In this document: piece after piece, positions 52,040-61,958 of the stretch
Layout of the letters: each line of letters begins with the position of its first letter
Position numbering within the stretch: the stretch's first letter is position 1
Source: Girardia tigrina
Taxonomy: Eukaryota
DNA length: 61,958 bases
Assembly (NCBI GenBank): GCA_001938485.1
Contig: MQRK01216696.1
Span: 1 to 61,958, forward strand
Direction of reading: 5' to 3'
The notes under the pieces: model-generated
What the model saw: the letters and a program-made list of their open reading frames with translations, nothing else
Told to the model about the DNA's origin: nothing
Database searches by the model: none
Made by a program: the position numbers and the translations under genes

Positions 52040-53159
52040 ATTGAATATTCATTATCATTATTTTTTGTTTCTATCTAGAGCGTGATTAGAAGAATTGAGA
52101 GAAAATAATTTTTTTATAAAAAAAATCCAGACTTGGTTTATTTGAATGGTATTGGCTTATGCACTCCACTTCTTTCAATCTGGTCTTCTTGTTCGACATT
52201 TTCACATACTGTGTAAATCCTGATTACTTACAGCTTTCGAGCTGAAACTTTAATCATGGGCTAATTTCAATGGTTTACGCAAATTATTTCAAATTCAGAG
52301 CAATAGAGCAATCCTAAAAATTATATCCATGTGTAGTGGTTTTTTTACATCTTTTGTAAAATTGAATTGACTTATTTATTATATAAATAATTTAAATACT
52401 TTTTATATAAATATCCAAATAAAAAATTATACGTATTTTAAAATGGTAATATTAATGTTTATAAAGTAGCTAATCCATTATTATAATATGGTGATTTGTT
52501 GTCTTTCAAATTGATATTCGTAAGAAACAATATTGTAAAACTAGGCACACATTTTATTGACATAGCCAAGCTATTTTCCCAAAGTTATTACAACATTTAC
52601 TGAAAATGTATGATAAAACCAACCTAAGGGGTTGTTCATTTATAGCTTCCAAGATTTGGGGGAGGGGATCGAAATTTTGTACGTCGTTTATATATTTTTA
52701 TAGAAACAAGAATTCAAATTTAAAATTTTATATTAAATACTATTCCCAATGTCACGAAAAAGAAATCCTAATAAAATTGCTTTTTACCAATTGTCAGATA
52801 ATGAAATAAAAAAAATATTTGTAAAAGAAAAAAAGCAAGAGTATTTAATATTAATGTATTCAATATTTTTTAATAACGATTAAAAATATAAATTAAAATT
52901 CAATTACTAAATATCAAATATATGTATAGAGTGTTTAAATATTCTTAAATTTTAGTACATTTTCAAAATCAACATATTTTTCTAAAACATTAAATTCGTT
53001 GATTAATAATCACTAAATAAAAAAATTTCAAAACGTTGCCTTCATTTTCCATGGTGTTTGCAAATTATTTTGGTTTAAATAGACAACATTTTTTTATATT
53101 TATTTCGCTGAATTTTAATTAAAAATCACAAATATTTATTACTATTAACATTTTACATT

Positions 53160-54060
53160 TGTCCAGACGAGACTTTATCTGATTGTTTGTTGATAGTTTC
53201 TTTACTGCAGCGGCGCGGTTCGCCAGTCTGCGCTAACTGCATGTGAGCTCAATACTTCAGTTCGTTCAAGCACATCTAACACAGATAGGAGTGTACCGTG
53301 AAGTTCAAGCATGAACTCACAATTCGTCTACAGAGTCTTCCTCGTTTAACACAGTCCCTTCCTGGAGTAGAAGAGTATCTCTAGGATTGTGTTTAGGATC
53401 ACGAAACTCGGAAAAATCGTGGCATCACGTCCATCACAGAAGGCTTTCCACATTCTTGCAGACCATTGGATGTTTGCTCGGACAGTGGCAATCGCAATGG
53501 CCTTTTCTCTGCCAGATAGGAAAACGGCATCTAGTGGTTTGCTATTGGCTGGGATCCATGTACAAAAGCTCCTACAACAAATGTGTAAAGCAAAACCGTG
53601 TGATCACGGTATTTATCTATAATTGCATCGCGGAGAGGTTTGTACTCAGCCACGTTGTCCCTGTTCGCATTGTCCAAGTTCTCCTTCTCATCAAAAGGAC
53701 ACTTGACATCAGTCAATACTATTCGCTTGCGATCCAGAATGAACACTTGCAAATCAACCCTCAGGGTTGAATAAACAAACCTGCAGTTGGCATTAACATA
53801 CAATTCAGCATTGCAATACTCTTGGATTTCAGTCTTTAAAATTTCAACCACCGTGTCATGGCGAGCATTTATATAAGCCTGAAGAGTATCGAAATGAGAA
53901 ACAACATGAGCCAAAGTCTCATTGTAGTCTCTACACCTATGACAAACAACAACTCTCTGAAAACGGCATCAAAATTGAAGTGTATAGGACCGGCTACGAC
54001 GAACAAAATCCCATTCAGAGTAGGAAAGACGACTTTAGAAAACTACAGAAGTTAAGAACC
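53160..54060 (-). mobile_element. 3' fragment of an R2/NeSL-type non-LTR element (RLE endonuclease)
   Basis: ETLAHV..RHDTVV..RVDL..DVKCPFD, the decayed CCHC plus PD..D restriction-like endonuclease. Confidence 0.85.
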
Positions 54061-54278
54061 AGAAAGACAAAGAAGAGGCGGAACCACCAGTCCTTGTTTG
54101 GTTTTTTATATTAGTTGTCGTTTATTAATACGTTGTGTCTGAGTTAGTATAAGATAAATAAATATATAAAAAATTAAAACAATCATTTATTTATATGAAT
54201 GTTTCAATTCATTTTCTATGATTCTACCTAGTTTTAGTCTTATTACTAAAACCATTACCATTTTTGTTCATATTAATA

Positions 54279-55137
54279 AATAATCATTGTTTATTAAAAA
54301 ACAACACTCATCCATTCAAAAATATATTTATAGACAATATATTTCGACGGATCTACCGTCATCTTCAGGTCACCTTAAACTCTATCTGATTTAGTTTTAT
54401 CAATAATCATTGCCATGGTGCGCTCAAGCCTTTCAGAAGATATACGAAAATATTCAGTTCATTGAGAAGAAAAGAAATGGATATCTGCTTCCTGGAAATA
54501 TGTGCAGAGGAGAAGATAATTCAAATTTTTATTTTCAATTCAAAGCTCCATGAATGCCTACAAAGTGAAGATATCAGAATGATCCACAAAAGGATGCTTG
54601 GAAGACTGATCGAGAAAGAAAAAGAATTTTAACACTTTGTTCTGATATTGTTTATGTAAATGTAATGGGTGCAATGCCACATACATTGGAGAGACTCCCC
54701 GTCATCTCTGTAAATGAATTCAAGAACATGGTCGAAAAGAGAGTAAGAGTAATATTGCAGAACATAAGAAAAAATGTAAATATGATGTTAATTTTGATAA
54801 TTTCAAAATTCTATGTAAGCATTTTGGCAGTTATTGGGAGAGAGTGTCGTGTGAAGCACTGTTAATTAGGTCACGTTGCCCTAAAATCAATCTTCAATCG
54901 GCAGTCTCAACCAGCTTATTGAGAATTTTTGATTAGAATGATTTCATGCAATCGATTACATAATCATCATTTTTGTATTTATATACAGATGAATTGATTA
55001 TTAATTAGTGACCTGAAGATGACGGTTGATCCGTTGAAATATATTTTCTATAAATATATTTTTTTAATGGATGAGTGTTGTTTGTAAAAGAAAATTATCA
55101 TCCGGACTTCGTTTTATCAATAATCATTGTTTATTAA
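54279..55137 (+). mobile_element. Penelope-like element remnant with an inverted pseudo-LTR
   Basis: CNGCNATYIGET (GIY-YIG). Inverted repeats at about 54298-54373 and 55008-55083. Flanking direct repeat AATAATCATTGTTTATTAA. Confidence 0.85.
54333..54371 (-). ncRNA. Minimal type I hammerhead ribozyme motif in the Penelope pLTR
   Basis: GAC CTGAAGA T GACGG TAGAT CCGTC GAAA TATA TT GTC: catalytic core, stem II, palindromic stem III and short stem I. A degraded + strand copy is at 55010-55048. Confidence 0.65.
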
Positions 55138-55179
55138 CTTTGAAAAATAGTTAATAAAAGGATAACAACTTGGCCCTTT

Positions 55180-55520
55180 AGGAATCAGATGTAACCTAAT
55201 CTAAAAATGTTTTGCATGAACTACTGGTTCTCAAAAACGACATAATATTGCCACAGTTACATATCAAGTTGGGTCTAATGAATAATTCTTTAAAAGCGTT
55301 GAATAAAATGAGTGATTCCTTGACATATTTTGCATATACATTTACAGTTTAAGGTGAATACGCAAGCCAGGTAGCTGAAAATGAGAACAATATTTATGAT
55401 CATGATACTGTTATAGGCCATCCAAGGTCAATTTTTGTTTCACGAAATCTGTTCCTACAATTTTGATATCAATGTTGCATCACGCTTTGGAAGGCTTTTT
55501 GACGAAAACTTGTAAAAAGT
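55180..55520 (+). mobile_element. DNA-transposon-derived remnant (LHIKLGLM motif family)
   Basis: IILPQLHIKLGLMNNSLKAL. Related remnants occur at about 48160-48980 (+) and 61290-61430 (-). Superfamily uncertain. Confidence 0.55.
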
Positions 55521-56513
55521 AATAAGAATCCTCGAATCCAACCATCATTTAATCTTGTTTTGATTGTCAGATAAAATAATAATTGTTTTCACATATCAGA
55601 TAAAAACGCAGTAAACTACTATCTAGTAAACTACTATTAGTATCTACTATACTCAAGGTAGATACTAAAAGAAGCTTGTTGTATTGATGCCATAGGAGGT
55701 GATGCAAAAAACATGGAACGAATTGCTGCTAAAGTGCAATCTAAAGGGTCATTTCTGCAGTGAGTGGTTTTTGATGAAAGTTAGCTATCAAATAAGTGTC
55801 ACTTCAGCGTGTTTATTTTAATACTAAACATTTTGACGCCAGTGAGTTTAGACGTTATGCTTGTGTAAGTTGTTTATAGACATCTGTAAAATAAAATAAA
55901 AACTGTTTTTAGAGCATAATTATGTCAATAATGATGATGACTGTAATTAACTTTGTTTCTGATATGATTAAAGCATTCAATTCAAAAACATTAAAAAAAT
56001 AAATTACTATTTGTCAAAAGAGTAAAATCTGTGGATATTTGATTTTGTTAGAATAGGCATTATACTGATTTAAATTATGAAATGTCGTTACTGATTTTGA
56101 ATTTTGACACGCATTATTAACAGCTATATTGGATTCATTGTTGATCGGACATCATAACCGTTTGTATAAAAGTTGAAAAGAGAAACATTAGAGTCAAATG
56201 ATAACAATTTATTATAATAATCAAATCAACATGAATTCTAAGTAAAATTTCCATTTCTTAGTACGAAATTTTAAAAAATTACGCTATCTATTAAAATTTA
56301 ATAGCGTTGGTCAAATAAATTTACTATCATTTTTACAGAAAATTTAATATAATCTATTTTATAATATATATTTTAAATACATGTGTATATTGTTGACTAT
56401 ATGATTGTTTTCCAAACTTCTTATGTTTGTAAACCCCTTTGAAAAATTTCGGAATAGTGAGTTCCTCTATTTTAATCCTTTGAACAGTACCAATATTAGA
56501 CTTTAATTAACAG

Positions 56514-56660
56514 TACCTTTGGTAAGGGTGTACCCCATTGAAAGAAAGCACATTTCAAAAGAAATAATAAACTCTTATTTCACTAACTTACAAAGACAGT
56601 TACGTCTTATACGATGGCATACTAATTACGAACATTCTGTGAAAGGGACGCACGAACAAA
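56514..56660 (+). CDS. PRUNE2: Probable PRUNE2-like exon preceding the BCH domain
   Basis: cag/gt boundaries. Open frame in phase 1-1 links the 51108 donor to the 57619 acceptor. Confidence 0.55.
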
Positions 56661-56728
56661 GTGTTTTAATTTTTTTCATTTTCTTATTACTATATTGCAA
56701 AAATCCTGATAAAAAAATAGCAAGAAAG

Positions 56729-57530
56729 GGTTACCCGATAAAAGCGCCCCCAACAAAAGCGTCGTGATAAAATCGCCCAACGACAAAAGCACCCACTTTT
56801 TGAAATTTTTGTAAAAATTTTTGTTTAAATTCTTAACAGAAAGTATCATTATTCCTACTAATATTGCATTGTTTAAATCCCAAATATTATAGGACCTTTT
56901 GAATTTTTATAAAAAAATTGTAAAACTTATATTATTTGGGATTTAAACAATAAAATGATAGTATAAATAATAGCGCACAAGGACTTGCAAAATTATAACA
57001 ATAACAAATGCAACAAAATGTTAAAAATAAAAGTAATAAAATTAAAAAAAGTAAAAAAATAGCGCATTATATATTTCCAGATCATATGACATTCGTTTAA
57101 GATCATTTATAATATCATTTTGATTATAATTTTCTGTTAATATTTTTATCCGTTTGTTTAGGCTTACATACTTGTTTTTCTAAGCTTCTGGTCGTCGAAA
57201 TCCGGTTTGAAAACGTTCATATTCTATTTTCATTTGATTTTGTTCTTTTTTTTAATGTTCCACTATTTTAAAAATTGAAATATGGTGGCATTCCACGGTT
57301 TGTTGAAAGGCTCTATGGCAACCTTCAACTGAATTATTTGTACGTGGCAAATCACCATTAACTCTACCAAACATATCCCAAGCGTTTAATGGTGGTAACA
57401 TTGGTACTATCATTAAAATATTTTTCTTGTTATAAAGTTTATAAAACGAATCATTTAAGTTTACACAATTTATGAATGGGCAAATATGTGAGTGATTCAT
57501 AATTATGAGCACGTTCCTGGAATGAACCGT
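56729..57530 (-). mobile_element. Mutator transposase 3' fragment with one TIR
   Basis: LPRTNNSVEGCH..HISIFK. TIR GGTTACCCGATAAAAGCGC resembles the element at 35267. Confidence 0.8.
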
Positions 57531-57618
57531 ACTAGCATTTTGAGTTTTAACTGTATAAAGATTATGAATAACTATTTATTTTAATTATCGAGAAGGGCTA
57601 TTATCATTTTTAATTTAG

Positions 57619-57784
57619 GTTATTCTAATATTTACGATGAATACAAAATTGCTTTAACTGATGTTGGGTGTTATTTTGACGAAACAAACAATTATCAAGC
57701 AACGAAAATTATTACTATCTGCAATTCTTATTTTCCTGACAAGTCAAGTGAAAACTACCACGAAATAATGCAATATATTTTTAA
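57619..57784 (+). CDS. PRUNE2: BCH domain exon
   Basis: YDEYKIALTDVGCY...IITICNSYFPDKSSENYHEIMQYIF aligns with BNIP2 IEPYKKVISHGGY...[26 protein letters not shown]. Confidence 0.85.
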
Positions 57785-57828
57785 GTTTGGTATATATTCA
57801 AAGTTATTTGACAATCACACTGTTTTAG

Positions 57829-57960
57829 TTATACTGTAAAATACCTAGAAAATATTGACTCTGAATTTTATACCTTAATTTACTTTCATTGCTATGGTAA
57901 TCAAAGGAAAGCACCGTCACTAATGTGGCTTCATCAATATTATCAAATTATTAATTATAA
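57829..57960 (+). CDS. PRUNE2: BCH domain exon
   Basis: Preceded by a 44-nt intron. YTVKYLE..YTLIYFH...RKAPSLMWLHQYYQII aligns with YVIGTLE..YMIVYLN...RKMPSLGWLRKCYQQI. The gene continues beyond the window. Confidence 0.85.
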
Positions 57961-58139
57961 GTAATAATTAATTTGTGGTATTTTATATATATTTATAAAA
58001 ATATATTAAGATTTTCTTAAATTAATAATTTTATTAGAAAAAATTTTAAGACTATAAATTATTACAATTATTAACAGCAACATCACAATTTGCGTGAAAA
58101 CATTTATTAATAACACAAACAAATTCATCTTTATAGTCA

Positions 58140-58545
58140 GAAAGGACCAGTCATGATCCCTCGTATCGTGATTCTGTAGAGCTTTGGCTGTGTAAGCACA
58201 TTTCGTACAATGACACCGAAATATCCTTACATCAGTTTTATTACTTAACGGAAAATCGAGAACCACTCTTGGAATCACTCCGTGGTATTGTCGAGGGGCA
58301 CTGATATATCATACCTCGCGATTGGATTAGAAGATTTTGTATATCCTTCATCTACGTTATTTTGTGAAGCACTAGTACCACTGGTACTGTCTTGGGTTCG
58401 ATGATCGATCAATAAATGTTGCTTTAACCATCCATCCATTTTATAGGTCTTGAGACAATTTTGCATGGGACAATGGAAAGGTTTGTCTCCATTTTGAAGC
58501 TACGGCGTCATGGCTGTATGCACAATTTTGATGTATCTCTTAAGT
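58140..58545 (-). pseudogene. Disrupted C2H2 zinc-finger fragment
   Basis: GDKPFHCPMQNCLKTYKMDGWLKQHLLIDH and, in another frame, CTKCAYTAKALQNHDTRDH. In-frame stops. Confidence 0.5.
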
Positions 58546-59013
58546 TCTTTTATTAATCATTTTATTTAATGGAATTTATCACCAATTAATAAAAACTAAG
58601 ACATAAATTTGAAACGTTAATTTCTATTCAATTTATAAACACATTTTTGGAGAATCGTAAAACGTATTTTGCAAAGAAAATGCCTAATTAATCAATTATT
58701 TTTGTAAATTAATTAGTAAATCTATTAAAATATTCGTATGTTTTCATCTAGATTACACAACTGTGTAAAATTCTAGCTTAATTAAACCACGGAAAGTGGG
58801 TGAAACATTGTTTGCAGGATTTGTAGTAAACTCACAAACAGATAGAATATATAAGTATTCTAAAATTATAATTATTGGGTTCGTGATTAAAATCTGAAGT
58901 CATTATTCGCAACCTTTATTTCTAATACAACTTTCATTATTCAAACTAATTTACGAGGAGCAATATTTCAGTTACATAAACCAGATTTTAAAATTCTAAA
59001 TATAAATAATAAT

Positions 59014-59059
<46 letters not shown>

Positions 59060-59379
59060 TATTTTATTCAATTTTGCATAAATCATATTTTGTTTTTGTT
59101 TTATTAATTTTACAATGTTTATTAATTGAAATATAAATTTAGATTTTTAAAAATATTTTAATAGACATGTCCTGTAAAAATTCAATTCCTGAATAATTTT
59201 TTCTTTAATTTTAAATCATTCAATTATAAATTATTTTTAATAAGACTTTCCGTGGACAATTAACTTCAATGAAACATTATGATTTTTATTTTAAATAGTG
59301 TTACAAGATATATCAAAATCTTCTTTACAATATTCTTTAACTCCGAAGCTGTTATTTTAATTGTGATTTTTTAAAACCT

Positions 59380-59595
59380 AATTTTTATAAAAAGTTGTTC
59401 CAATTTAATTAGTAAAATATTATCATTACACTATAATTTTTTATAAAAACTTATTTCATTTTAATAAGTAAAATACTATCGGTAAACTATAATTTTTATA
59501 AAGTTATTTCAATTTAATTAGTAAAAATATTATCTATAAACTTAAATTTTTTTATAAAAAGTTATTTTATTTTTATTAGTAAAACATTATTTTTA
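59380..59595. repeat. Approximately 55-bp AT-rich tandem repeat, four copies
   Basis: Unit AATTTTTATAAAAAGTTATTTCAATTTAATTAGTAAAATATTATC.. Confidence 0.75.
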
Positions 59596-59875
59596 ATCTA
59601 CCTCAAATATAAATATGATTTTTAATTTAAAAATATCAAAAATTTACAGTTCACCAAAAAGAACCCCAACAATAATTATATAACAATGAAACAATAAACG
59701 GAATTAGTAAAAAACTAGCCAACAAAATCACATATTCTATAGAATCACAAAATCACAATATCAATATTTGTTACGTTAAGTAATTATTTAATATTGATTC
59801 TATTCTGAGGGCATGTCTGTTTAACAAATCTTATTCGAGGGGAAACCTGAACAGAACTTTTGTGCAAAGATTTAT

Positions 59876-61255
59876 TGTTAAAGAATCTGGATATTTTGAT
59901 ATATATCAGAATTATTAAACGGTATGTCAATCCTTTTGAGTTACATTTTACCGAAGTAATTTAGAATGATTCTTTTTATTAGCTTTTGTGAGATAGAATT
60001 GAAATTTAATGGGAAAATAAAATTCATTTGTTTGAATGTGTGGTTGACGCGTATTATAATTAATTCAAATATAGAATTGTGCGTGGTCGACTATCGCGGC
60101 ATGAAGCGTGTGAAATTCAAAGACGCGGTCCTAATGTTCAACAGACATGGTGACTTTGGGATCTGGTGCCGAAAATTTGAAGCCGAGGCGTCAGTATGTG
60201 AAGTGTACAAGATGGTGGCTCTACGATACTTATGGGCGGGAGAGCCTTTGATTTATTTGCAGGACTAACTAACAAGGACCAAAAGAATTACGAGTCAGTA
60301 AAGACCGCACTGACAGCGGCGTATGGGCCCAGCTCTCAGAAGACGTTTGAGGAATTCAAGTCGAGAAGCCTTCGACCAGGAGAATCGGTCGAGGAATTTT
60401 TGGCAGCCCTGCAACGACTCGTAACGGCAATCTGCGTGGGGCGGGAACCCTAGGAACAATTCTTGCGGCATGCGTTTCTGGCAGACCTACCTGCCAAAAT
60501 ATCAAAATTCTTGGTGTCGGAGATTCCCCTGCGCGACATGATCCCAGTAGCTTGGTCGCTCCTCCATATCAACACGGACACGAGTTATCCATTCGAGCCA
60601 GCAACTGCAACAGCGGCGGCCACGGCATGGAACGACAACGGTGGTGTCGATCCGAGGCGGTGCTTTATGTGCAACAGGTGGGGTCACCTAAACGAGATTG
60701 TAGGACAAAGTCAGAGGGGGAAACAGGCCCATCACCGACTCCAAGACCAAGAGCGTGTTTCATATGCGGCGCACCGGAACACTTCTGTGTGGCATACCCG
60801 CAACGAAAATTCAAATCGGGAAAAGATCAACAGGTCCTCTCTTCTGCGCGGGGTGGGTACCTGTGAGCTTCCACGTGCAGTTACCCGTGATTGATGTCCC
60901 AGTTAGGGTGTGGTATAACAATGATGGAGCAGCGACTCGTGCAGCCGGATCAAGTGCAGCAGGCATCTGAAAAACTGCAGACAGTGCTTGGCTAAGCAGT
61001 GGTATCTCAATGAGCCTGAGTGGAATTTGAAATAATGGTGCACCTCTTGAAATGCTGAGTTCTATTGATTCGGAGTTTAAATCCGATTGGAGTAGACATT
61101 ATATTAGGAATGGACGCAATACAGTCACTAGGAGGAGTGAATGTTGGAATTACGGAGGAGAAAGTCAAATTTGGAGTAAATACGAGCAATAAATCTCATT
61201 TAGAACGGAGCGAATCGGAGAACCGCACAGGGCCGCTGTGGCTGTACCGGTGATA
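59876..61255 (+). mobile_element. 5' part of Gypsy-like LTR retrotransposon C (putative LTR, gag, protease)
   Basis: Gag LRPGESVEEF, two CCHC-like knuckles and DIILGMDAIQSLGGV. No 3' LTR is present, so the LTR limits are inferred. Confidence 0.8.
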
Positions 61256-61958
61256 AATACAGATAATCGACGAGTACAGTGAATGGAAACGAGTATAGTA
61301 AATGCAATCTAAATATTTTTAACATTTAACATCCTAGAATGTCAAAACATATTAATGAGATCAAAGCAATTAGACTTAAAACAATCTCTTGTATGTGTCC
61401 AAGATTTTTCCGATAAGTGACTAGAAATTTTGGCTTTGTTAATTGTTGTTACAATTTAACTCTAAACTAGAAGAAGTGGTGTTTCAAACTTGCCAATTTT
61501 TTATGAACCACATTTATATCGTTTACATCTCACCGAAATCCTTTTCTTTGGCAAGAATTGAGTTCGTTCGAACAATGTAAAGCTCTCAAATCAGTGGTGA
61601 AGTCTAAATTAAATTCTGAATTCAAGGCTGTAACAAGCTCTCAGTCAGACGAAATACTCTTGAACGTAATGTATTGGTATCTTACATAGGAAGACTTAAT
61701 GCAAACAGTCTTTTATGATTTTGCCTGTCTCTAGACTGTCAAACGAATTCGCTAAACATTCAAGGAACTGAACTGTGAAGATATTGGTCACCTAACATTA
61801 TTAGGGTGAGTCATAAGTTGTGGGGCACTCTTTCCAAATTAATTATCTTTAATTACAACATGAATTGTCGAATCGATATTAATTGAATTTGTATATCGTA
61901 ATAAAGCTCATAAACTGAAGTTTCAGTATTTGTAAGAAAATCATGATTTTATGTTTAT

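Noticed and set aside
55662-55759. Exon-like ILKEACCIDAIGGDAKNMERIAAK ending in gtgagt
   Set aside because: Its phases do not fit the host exon chain, it has no recognisable homology and it is adjacent to a TE remnant.

Overview
AT-rich eukaryotic, probably animal, genomic scaffold with assembly gaps; the organism cannot be identified from the sequence. One + strand host gene runs through the whole window: a PRUNE (DHH/DHHA2 exopolyphosphatase) region, an acidic linker and a C-terminal BCH (BNIP2/Cdc42GAP homology) domain, i.e. PRUNE2/BMCC1-like. Its exons lie between 4677 and 57960 and both ends are outside the window. Introns are either tiny (44-78 nt) or inflated by transposable elements: Tc1/mariner, hAT, Mutator, three Gypsy-like LTR elements, LINE, R2-like and Penelope remnants. 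One intron also holds a 1.39 kb palindrome, an antisense LSM3-like ORF with a garbled 3' end and a head-to-head degenerate U1 snRNA-like sequence. The most striking observation concerns the LTR elements. Where the 5' LTR end can be defined there is no canonical TGG primer-binding site; the 12 nt after the LTR are instead complementary to nt 1-12 (the 5' end) of a tRNA, with an exact match to tRNA-Lys(UUU) in the best-preserved element. This suggests priming by a 5' tRNA fragment. All family assignments come from motif recognition, not from database searches.
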